Source: Chrysochromulina tobinii
Lineage: Eukaryota
Reading direction: 5' to 3'
Assembly (NCBI GenBank): GCA_001275005.1
Contig: JWZX01002871.1
Location: 1-53,903 of the forward strand
Length of the DNA: 53,903 nucleotides
A program made the translations under genes and the position numbers. This document shows, in pieces, positions 44,925-53,903 of the stretch (position 1 is its first letter; the number at the start of each line of letters is the position of its first letter). The notes beneath the pieces were generated by a model. The model was given only the letters and a program-made list of their open reading frames with translations. It searched no databases and had not been told where the DNA came from.

Positions 44925-47323
44925 ATGGGACTCTTTTGCTTTTGGCTCAAATGCCTGACCCTCTCGAGTAGATGGCGGCGTAAGGCAGAGGAAGAGAAGC
45001 GCAAGAAGGAGGCGGAGGAGCAGCACAAGGCAGCACAGATGCCTTCGTACGAGGAGCAGATGGTGTGGGCCGCCATCGTCGTGCGCACCTCCCCCACGCG
45101 CCGCTGACGACCCTCGCTCCGCCGCCGTCGTTCTCCGCGTGCCCGCGCCGCAGGATGGCTACACACCGGCCGACTTCTTCGCGAGCGTCAATGTGTGCTG
45201 TGGAGCGCCGCTTGAGCGAACACGTGGAGGCCAGCCGAAGCCGAAGGGCCAAGCCGTCGGCCACATCGCGTGCTGAGCGTGCGCCGCGTGTGTGCGTGTG
45301 CGCGTGTTTGCAGCACTTGGTGGCGATGAAGGCGGCGGCGGATAAGGCGGCGGCAGACAAGGCAGCGGTGGACAAGGCGTTGGCGGACAATGCGCAGCCA
45401 GACGCTCAGCTTGCTGCAGCTATCGCTGCGAGCCTCGGCTTATCCGCCCTGTTCACACCACCTACCCCGTCTTGGGCGGCGGACACGGCGTTTAAGGGCC
45501 GGGTGAGCAAGGCCGAGAGTGAGAGGTCGTCGCGCGGGCACCTACAGGATCTCTCCCGAGGGACGCCCACCGAACGTAGGGCCATCACCTTCAATCCCCC
45601 AGCAAGCATGCGTCAGGCCAACGCGGCGATCGACTCGGTCAACGCGGCGATCGACTCGGGCGCCGTGGCGGGCGTCACGGCGCGGCCGCGTCTCGACGAC
45701 GTTCTCGAGCATGTGAAGATGCTTCGTCGCCTCGCTGCTCTCCAAGCCCGTTGGCCATCAGTTGACGCGTCTTTTAAGTACGTCAACAGCTTCTTCCGCG
45801 TGCTTGCGAAGCAGGTGTATGGGGACGAACAGCTGCACGGTCTCGCGCGCCATGAGACCATTCGAATCATGCATGAGCACCGCGAAGAGTTTGAAAAGTT
45901 TGTGCACGGGGACTTTGACTCGTATGTCAGCCACTTGTCCAGAGAGGGCACGCACGTCAAGGAACCAATCAGAATACTCGACGGAATACTCGATGGGCTT
46001 CTGAGCCTTGCGCAGATGAAGGCCGGTGCCGTCGTGGCTACCGCTCCCGCATCGATGCCCATCAACGACACCGAGCTGCGTCGTCGCCTCACTCCTGTCC
46101 GAGCCAACGGCTGGCAACCAGTGGACATGGTCGGTGACGGCAACAGCTTCTTCCGTGTGCTTGCGAAGCAGGTCTATGGGGACAAGCAGCTGCACGGTCG
46201 CGCGCGCCAAGAGACCATTCGATACATGCGTGAGCACCGCGAAGAGTTCGAGCAGTTTGTGCCCGGCGACTTTGACTCGTTTGTCGACAACTTGTCAAGA
46301 GAGGGCACGCACGTCGAGGGCACAGACGTCGAAATCAAGGCGGCGGCCGACGCCTTCAATATGTGCGTCACGGCGGTATACGGCCGGTCCACAAATCATG
46401 ATAGAACTTCCACGCCGTCCCTCCTGCTGCCGCCGCCCCTAGCGCCGGGCCGGTCCACAAATCATGATAAAACTTCCGCGCCGCTGATTAGCGACTTGGA
46501 GACACGCGGCGTATACATGGCTCACTACCAAGCAAAACAGCACTCCGTCGTTCTGGAGCGAATGGATCCAGCGCCTCTTCGGCCAAAGGGAGCAAGCGGC
46601 GGGTGCGCTGGTGGAGAGCCTTGCGTGGGACGGAAGAGCATCCACGAGGGTGAGTACAAGGCTGGCAAGAAGGAGGGGCGCGGCATCTTCCGGTCCGCCG
46701 ACGGCGCCGTCTACCTCCCTCGGGCGTCTCGGGCATCTGGCTTGCCGCGTGCCGACGTGACTAGCGCGATGGCTCAGGCCCCCCAGCGTCTCCCACCACC
46801 GAAACGTCGTGTTCCAGCGACGGCAGGGCCACCGCCGCAGATGCGGTCGTACGAGGAGCAGATGGCGTGGGCCCTGCAGCAGTCGACGCTCGATGCCCAA
46901 GCCGAAGCGCCGACAGAAGCTCAGAAGGCCGCCTTCTTTGCGAAGGTTGGAGCCTCGCTTGAGCAAGTGCGGTCTGCCACTCGACTGGACTGGTCTCGTA
47001 AGGGGTTGTCGGCTGGCGACTGCAAGGTCATCGCTCATCTCATTGCCGCCAAGTTGCCGGTGTTGACCACCCTCATCCTCTGGAAGAACAACATCGGGGA
47101 TGAGGGAGCCAAGGCGATCGCGGAGGCGCTGAAGGTCAACACGGTCCTGACCGTCCTGTACTTGGGCGAGAACAACATCGGCGACGACGGTGCCAAGGCG
47201 ATCGCAGAGGCGCTGAAGGTCAACCCCGTCAAGACCACCGTCCTCCTTGGAGACAACAACATCGGGGATGAGGGTGCCATCGCGATCGCGGAGGTGCTGA
47301 AGGACATCGCAGTAGTGTGCTGA
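44925..47323 (+). CDS. UIM + 2x pseudo-OTU + MORN-like + RI-type LRR protein; exons 44925-45062, 45314-47323
   Basis: DAQLAAAIAASL and YEEQMAWALQQS are UIM-like; VGDGNSFFRVLAKQVYGD; HEGEYKAGKKEGRG; 3x NNIGDEGAKAIAEALK. Phase-0 intron 45063-45313. Confidence 0.75.
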
Positions 47324-47800
47324 AAAAAATACCGAAAGCGAGCACGTGCTCAGGATCACGCGAAATGCCGCGGGTGCAGGACTTGTCACAGGACTTGGTC
47401 ATGACGTGCGACATGTGGGCGCGTGCAGCGTCACTCGCGGCGCTTCCGCGTGCAAATGCCATGTGGGACGATGGCGTCGACGGCGTGCTGCTGTGTTCTC
47501 TGCTCTTGAGTTCTTGTGTGTTCGCTTCATTGTCTCGATTTCATGCTGCATTCGTACTAGTACAGTATGGCTTACATGTATGCTTATGGGTCCCGCCTGG
47601 GCGTGGGACCTGTATTGTGTGAATATAGCGTGAATTTGGCGAGTTTTATCTTCAACAGGCTTAATGTTGGCGAGGGGCGCGCGCGACGACACAAACAATA
47701 TCGGTCTCCCCCTCCGGCACCGGATGGTCATCGGCCACGTGTCTGCGTTTCGCGCCCTCGTGAGCGCACTTCGATCGCCACGCGGCCGTCGCCGAAGGGG

Positions 47801-49816
47801 ATGCAGGGCGACTTGCCGCTCGCCTACGGCGTTCCTTCAGCCAGCACCGGCTTTCTCAAAAAGCTGGAGCAGGAAAAAGCAGGGCCCTCTGGAGCAGCAC
47901 CTGCACCGGCAGAAGATTCAGTCGCGAGGAGACGTCGCGCCGATTCTCAGTCACTCGGTGACTTCATCTCCTTTGACGAGCTCTCGTATGAGGCGCCTGC
48001 TGCCGAACCCGCCGAGCCGACGCGCAGGCCGGCTGCGCAGCGTGCCGAGCTCTGGAGCACTGCAAGGCGCTATGATGGCCCGTCAGCGCTGCTGCGACTG
48101 CACGAAGAGCTCCTCGACTTTGCGCATGCCTTCAAGCCGACGCGTGCGGAGACCACGGCGCGCAGCGATCTCGTCTCGCGCGTGCGCGACGTGGTCTCGT
48201 CCGTGTGGCCCGCAGCTGAGATCCGCTGCTTCGGCTCGTACGACACGGGCCTGTGGCTGCCCGAGTCGGACATCGACCTCGTCTGCCTGAACACGGGCGT
48301 CCCCAGCAGCCAGAAACTCAAGGGCCGCGCGCTGCATCGGCTGGGCGAGGCGCTGCGACGGGCGCCGTGGCGGGCGACGCAGCTCGAGGTGGTGGACAAG
48401 GCGCGCGTGCCCATCGTCAAGTTTGTCGACGGCGCCACCGGCGTGGCGGTCGACATTTGCCTTGAGGAGCTCACAGGGCTGCAGTCGTCGGCGCTTGCTC
48501 GAAAGGCGTTGGCCAAGTTCCCACAGTACGGACCGCTCGTGCTAGTGCTCAAGCGATGGCTGAATGCGCGCGGGCTGCACGACACGTACCACGGTGGTGT
48601 GGGCTCATACTTGCTCCAGCTGCTCGTGATCGCTTCGCTGCAGCACCCGCCAGCAGAGCGAAAGCCCTCCTTACGCGGCAACCTGGGCAGCTGCGTGCTG
48701 CACTTCCTCGAGCTGTTCGGGCTCCGCCTGAACTACGAGGCTGTCGGCATCTCGGTCGCTGATGGCGGCGCCTTTTTCTCCAAGGCGGAGCGGCGCGTGG
48801 GCAACACCGACCGTCCTGGGCTCATCTGCGTGCTCAATCCGCTCGACACGACGCATGACGTCGGCGCCAACTCGTATAACATCGGATGCGTTCGACGCGC
48901 GTGGAGTCACTGCTACGTGGCGCTCGTTGCGGCGCTCGACGACCGCCAGGTCGTGCCGGGCGCCTCGGGGCGTCGGCTGCAGGTCCTGAACGCACTGGTG
49001 GACTGCGAGGCCGAGATGAGTGCTCGCTTTGTGCAGCATGCGTTGGACGGTTCCGTGCTGGGCGGTGCGGAGACGCTCTCTGCCGAAGTGGGCGTGGCGC
49101 TTGCCGATGCGGCGGCTGGTAAGCGAAAGCGCGGCGCGCCAGAAGCCGATGCGCCGGTGGTCGACGGCGGTGGAAAGCGACGCCAACGAAGCTCTTCGTC
49201 TGCCGATGTGACGTACTACGCGGCAGGTAATGACGAGGAGGACGAGGACGAGGTGGACGAGGACGAGGACGACGACGAGGAGGAGGACAGCGACGAGAGC
49301 GAGGAGGGCGGCGAGGAGGAGGAGGGAAGCGACGACGAACAGGCTCGCTCGGGCAGCTACAGCCGTCGTGCTGAAGAGAAAGCTCTCTTGCGTGGCGTCG
49401 GTCGGGGCAGGTGGGACAAGGACACCACGGCATGGTCCGACGATGGAGAGGACGACGACGACGAGGACGAGGACGAGGACGAGGATGGCTCCTCCATGCG
49501 CGAGACGGTGCAGTGGAGATCTCATCCTATCTCGGCCAATATCTCGGCCAAGGAGCTGCGTGCGATGCCTCCCAAGCAGCGTAAGCAGGCACTCCGAGCG
49601 CGCAAGCTTGCCAATCGCGCTCTCGCCAGCTTGCACTCAAAAAGGCAAGGAGCGGGGCGCCAGAAGGCGAAAGGTCGTCCGTCGGATTCGCGGTACGCAC
49701 CGTACAAGCTCCGCGACGATTCGCTTCGTGCTGATGCGAAAGTCCATCAGCCGAAGCGAAAGCGCGAAAAGGACAAGAAGAAACACCGCAGCGGCGGCGA
49801 GGAGTATATGATGTGA
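47801..49816 (+). CDS. Non-canonical poly(A) polymerase, TRF4/PAPD5-like
   Basis: RLHEELLDF, FGSYDTGLWLPESDIDLV, KARVPIVKF, VDI, GGVGSY, NLG..LHFLELFG; acidic then basic tail. Confidence 0.9.
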   Translation: MQGDLPLAYGVPSASTGFLKKLEQEKAGPSGAAPAPAEDSVARRRRADSQSLGDFISFDELSYEAPAAEPAEPTRRPAAQRAELWSTARRYDGPSALLRLHEELLDFAHAFKPTRAETTARSDLVSRVRDVVSSVWPAAEIRCFGSYDTGLWLPESDIDLVCLNTGVPSSQKLKGRALHRLGEALRRAPWRATQLEVVDKARVPIVKFVDGATGVAVDICLEELTGLQSSALARKALAKFPQYGPLVLVLKRWLNARGLHDTYHGGVGSYLLQLLVIASLQHPPAERKPSLRGNLGSCVLHFLELFGLRLNYEAVGISVADGGAFFSKAERRVGNTDRPGLICVLNPLDTTHDVGANSYNIGCVRRAWSHCYVALVAALDDRQVVPGASGRRLQVLNALVDCEAEMSARFVQHALDGSVLGGAETLSAEVGVALADAAAGKRKRGAPEADAPVVDGGGKRRQRSSSSADVTYYAAGNDEEDEDEVDEDEDDDEEEDSDESEEGGEEEEGSDDEQARSGSYSRRAEEKALLRGVGRGRWDKDTTAWSDDGEDDDDEDEDEDEDGSSMRETVQWRSHPISANISAKELRAMPPKQRKQALRARKLANRALASLHSKRQGAGRQKAKGRPSDSRYAPYKLRDDSLRADAKVHQPKRKREKDKKKHRSGGEEYMM

Positions 49817-49865
49817 GCGAAAAATGCCCGTGACAGCGCTGTGAACGAAAAGACTTCGTCGCACG

Positions 49866-50894
49866 ATGGGGTCGAGCCTCCATTCCACTCCGATCATGCA
49901 CGTGGCGCACGTGCTCGCCGACACGCCGCTTTACAACGCGCACGTGCAGCGCATGGCCCGAAGCTGTGCACGCCACACCCCAGGGCCCATAGCCTACCAC
50001 CTCATCGGAGAGTCCAGCCTGCACGGGAGCACGTTTGTGACCAGCATGACACGGACCTTTGCGCAACTGGGTGTTGTGCAGTGGTACTTCGTCGCGCCTC
50101 CGCATGCTGCGCGCCGACCATCGCACCACAGCTCTGTGCTGCTCAAGCTCATGTTGCCAGATATCTTGCCTGCGGCCGTGACGACGGTGCTCTACCTTGA
50201 CGTTGACGTGGCGTGTGTCGGTTCGCTCCGGTCTGTCCTTGCCTTCTACGACGAGGCACGCGGCGCCGCGCCGAGAACCGCGGCCAGGCCTATGGGCATG
50301 GTGCATGCGTTCGGCGGGCCCGATCCTGAGTTCAACTCGGGCGTGATCGCCTTCTACCTGCCGGAACTGCGCCGGATGAACTGGACTGCGGTCGTGCGGC
50401 ACGTGCTTGGCCATTCAAGCATCCTGGACACATTCAAAGCTCCGTGCCACAGCAACACCGTCATCCGCCGGTGGCAGTCGTGCTCGGGTTGGGCGGATCA
50501 GGACATCTTCTGCGGGCTTAACCGGCGCAATGGCGGCCAGCTGATCGCGCGGCTGCCATGTACGACCAATGTGCAACTGGTCCAGTCCCAGGAGCTCACG
50601 CGCTGCCTCAGCGACACCACGCCGCCTATTGTATTGCACACGCATCGCTCGATCTGGAAGCAGCGCCTCATCAACGACTCTGCAGAGGCGGCGCATGAGT
50701 ACCAGTACTATCGAGGCTCCACAAGCGCCAGCAGCTTGTCATCTGCGGCTCGCAGAGGGAGAGGCAAACGCGCAGGTCGTCGTCGTGGCAGCCGTTCTCA
50801 ATCTCATGCACATTCAGGGCCTCTTGTGTCTCCTTCGGAGTTGCAGGCTGCCCGGCTCTTTTGGGCCGCGGCCGAGGGCGAAGATCTTCAATAG
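49866..50894 (+). CDS. Glycosyltransferase family 8-like protein
   Basis: LLKLMLPDILP, VLYLDVDV, FNSGV, WADQDIF, VLH. Confidence 0.8.
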   Translation: MGSSLHSTPIMHVAHVLADTPLYNAHVQRMARSCARHTPGPIAYHLIGESSLHGSTFVTSMTRTFAQLGVVQWYFVAPPHAARRPSHHSSVLLKLMLPDILPAAVTTVLYLDVDVACVGSLRSVLAFYDEARGAAPRTAARPMGMVHAFGGPDPEFNSGVIAFYLPELRRMNWTAVVRHVLGHSSILDTFKAPCHSNTVIRRWQSCSGWADQDIFCGLNRRNGGQLIARLPCTTNVQLVQSQELTRCLSDTTPPIVLHTHRSIWKQRLINDSAEAAHEYQYYRGSTSASSLSSAARRGRGKRAGRRRGSRSQSHAHSGPLVSPSELQAARLFWAAAEGEDLQ

Positions 50895-51260
50895 TCTTAG
50901 ATCCATGAGAATTGAATGACCGGCGAAATACACACGACATTTACAACGCAACGCGTGGCGCGACCACCGGACGGGAGCACCAGCAGGAGCCAGGACTCTT
51001 TAATTCCGTTCGTGGTGCATACGTTTTGAAGTCCATAGAGCGTAGTCGCGATGTCCTCACGCCATATATGATATGATAGGAAGGGCGCACGGCCGCCCGC
51101 GCTCACGCACACCTTCCATCGCGCCACGTCGAGCCGTCATCACATGAGAGAGAGGAGAGCATGGCCAGGGTCCAGACCGCCATTTAGCCACGAGTGTGTC
51201 CATGAGGAGTCCAAGTAGAGTCATGCCGGTAGATGAAGGGGCCGCGCGCTCTGAGCTGGG

Positions 51261-53832
51261 TCAGTGAGAGAGCGAACGCGCCAGTGCACGGTCGGCAAGA
51301 GCGGGCGGCTGCAGCAGGGTTAAACTGCCACTGCCACTGCCGGTCTCGAGTCGCATCGATCTTGGAGTGGCAGCGGCGGCGGCCATGCCAACGGCAACCC
51401 CCGCGGAGATGGCCGAAGGTGGCGGCTCGGGGGCGCCCGGCGACGTGAGGCTACGCATGTCGATCCATCTGGTCAAGAAGCCGGAAAGGTCTCCGCCTTC
51501 ACACGTAGCCATCCCGAGCGAGGCGCAGGCAGAGAGCAGCCCCCCCGACGCGCTGCAACCCGACGGAGAGCATCCAGCGCCAGCGTTGCCGTCGCCATTC
51601 TCGCCGTCGCCGCCGTCGCGGGCGGTGCATAGCTTCCGAGCGAGACCGCCATCGGCCGCGAACGCAGAAGGGACCAGGCGAAGCCCTGCGGCGGCGGGTG
51701 GTCGCCACTGGATTCCGCCATTGTGCGACGGCGGTTGGCCGGCGGCGGGGGCGAAAGAGGCGGAGCCCCCATTTGAATGGCAGCACGCCTCTTCGATGGC
51801 CGTGACGGCGGCCGCCGTCGCGCTGCGTCCGCGTCGGCTGCCCGCGCTGCCGCTGCCGCTGATTTTCGCGCCAGCGGTCGTCGCGCCTCGCTGGACGGCG
51901 CCCGAGACAGCGCGCCAGCTGGCCGGTGCCGGGCCCGCAGCCGCACTCGCCGGGTAGGCCGCGGCGCGCACGCTCGCCTTGGCCTTGCCCAAAGCCACGT
52001 CACAGCCTTCGGAGTGACGAAGCTTGCCCAAAGCCACGCTGCGCACGCCATGCATGCGGAGGCTCACTTGCATGTAACGGCCGCCGTCGGTTGGCGCCGC
52101 CTTGGGCACTTCCGCCTCGGCGCAGCAGCCGTCGAACCGCTCGCCATCGGGGGGGGGCGTCATCGGCAGCGAGGAGCGGGTATCGAGGGGCGGAGGCGAG
52201 AAGGAAGACGACGTGGAGACTCCGGCCGAGATGGCTTGGGGCGGCACTGTCCACGTCGCCTCACTGCTGCTCTCGCTCTCGCCTCGACGACAGCTCGAGC
52301 GGCGCTTGTAAGCGCCTCCGCTGCCCCCGCTGCCCCCACTCGCCCCCTCCTCATCCTCCTCGTCCTCGGCCTCGTGCACCGCCCGCCGCAGGAGAGGATC
52401 CGCGCCGCACATCCAGAGGGCCTCGAGAGGGCCGCGCGTCACCGGCGAGGCGGCGACTGAGAAGAGAGGCTGCGCACGCGGCGAGCCGTTGGATCGCGCG
52501 CCGTAGTGAGCACTTGCATGCAGGTCATCCGCAGCCCGTGGCGAGGCGAGCGGCCATGGGGATGCTTCCCGCGCATCGCGCGCTCGCTTGCAGGAGACGA
52601 TCCGGAGCAAGTCGTCCACGTCAAAGGCAAACGGTCCCGTTGGGGAGAGGGGCGAGTCATCCGACGCGCGCGCGGCCGCGCCGCTCGCGAGGGCGCCGCC
52701 GCCCGCGCCCACACCGCCACTACTGCCAGCGCCCATCACAGCGCCTCGGGGTCCAGCACCGCCAGCGCCCGCGACGGCGCCCATCGTACTCTCGGGGGGC
52801 GGCATGAGGCGTCGGTCGGCGTCGGCCGTTCTGAGGGCGGTGGCGCCGTCGCGGGCGCCACGAGGTGTGTGGGACGTGCTGGAGGGGCGTGAGTCCAACG
52901 GCTCGCCCTCCATGATGAGGACTTCATCCATGTCGCTGCCGCCGTCCATGTCCGCCGCCGCGGCGCTGTGATGGGCGCCGCTGGGCGCGCTGTGATGAGC
53001 GCCGCTGGGCGCGTCGGCGGATGCTGCCCTAGTGCCCGATGCTGCCGCGGCGGCGGCGAGGTCGCCAGGCTCGGTGCTGGCACGCATAAGGATGCTCGAG
53101 ATCTGGCGACAGCTCGGTCGCGATGCGCCGTCGCCGTGCGTCATGGCCTCACGAAGTGCCCACGGCAGCGGCTCATCGAGGGGGGTGGGAGGGCCGCCCT
53201 CTGCCGTCGCAAACGCGCCGCACAGCTCCATCGAGTCCGCCTCGAGCTCGTCCGGCTCCATCTCCAGCTCGTCCTCCTCCTCCCCGAGGTCGGCATCCTC
53301 CTCGGCTTCGGCTTCGCCCTCGGCCCCGCCCTCGTCCTTCACCACCGGCGCCTTTCGCGAGCGCTTCTTTTTCTCCGCCCCGCCGGCGCCGCCGCCGCTG
53401 TCGCCGTCCGCGCCCTCGCCTTTTTTGCGCTTCGCGCCGCCGCCGGCGCCGCCGCATGCCTTCTTGGTGCTCTCGCCTCGCTCCTTGGCCTCTTTGGCCT
53501 CTTTCGCCGCATTGGCGCGCTGTAGCGAGCGCAGGAGCGAGTTCTCGACTAGGTGGTCGCAAAACTCCTGCAGCCACTGCACCTGCGCTGTGATCGACTC
53601 GATGCTCTGCTCCGACAGCGGCAACTGGGCGCGGTTCCAGAGCTCATCGAGGCTCGCCGTCGGTTGCGACGCGCAGTCGTTGGACGACGTTCCGCCGCTC
53701 GCCGCCGTCGTGCCGGAACCGACCGGGGCCGCAGCTGTGTCGGTGCTGCTGGTGCTGCTGGTGCTGCTGGTGCTGCTGGTGCTGCTGGTGCTAGTGCTGC
53801 CGGCTCCCGGAGCTGCTGGTGGTGGGGCTGCA

Positions 53833-53870
<38 letters not shown>

Positions 53871-53903
53871 AGCGGCAGCGGCAGCGGCAGCGGCAGCGGC
53901 TGC
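51261..53903 (-). CDS. Hypothetical low-complexity protein, 5' end outside the window
   Basis: The frame stays open upstream of 53624 through TSS and poly-Ala repeats to the window edge; basic NLS-like KRKK and KKKRSRK; no domain recognised. Confidence 0.55.

Noticed and set aside
4560..50894. Glycan biosynthesis cluster (UGDH, GT-like, GT8)
   Set aside because: The genes are tens of kb apart and interleaved with unrelated housekeeping genes.

Overview
GC-rich, gene-dense eukaryotic genomic DNA with short GT-AG introns. The repeat style and gene content suggest a haptophyte-like alga, but this is inference only. About 20 protein-coding genes can be supported: SET-domain methyltransferase, KOW+HNH nuclease, DUF218-like protein, a divergent UDP-glucose dehydrogenase, Sec63-C-terminal-like protein, vWA protein, Mpv17/PMP22, CCCH-finger/polyQ protein, NEK kinase, bacterial-type PurM, a multidomain SH3/EF-hand/ADP-ribosyltransferase/ankyrin protein, an F-BAR + 3xSCP2 protein, LCMT-like methyltransferase, two glycosyltransferase-like proteins, two mosaic OTU-derived paralogs and a TRF4/PAPD5-like polymerase. 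The strongest unexplained signal is a set of six introns built from a 17-43 nt duplication of the exon junction plus a CTGAT-based insert, a microsatellite in five of the six. Three end in an identical GCCTCCCTCATCAG, and two consist of three stacked GT...AG units. This looks like an active intron-generating mechanism. Other leads: a candidate multi-helix intergenic RNA (11829-12060), a phased 14-bp CCTNAGG array at the window start, complementary inactivation of OTU domains in tandem paralogs, and a 65-bp element shared between a CDS and an intron.
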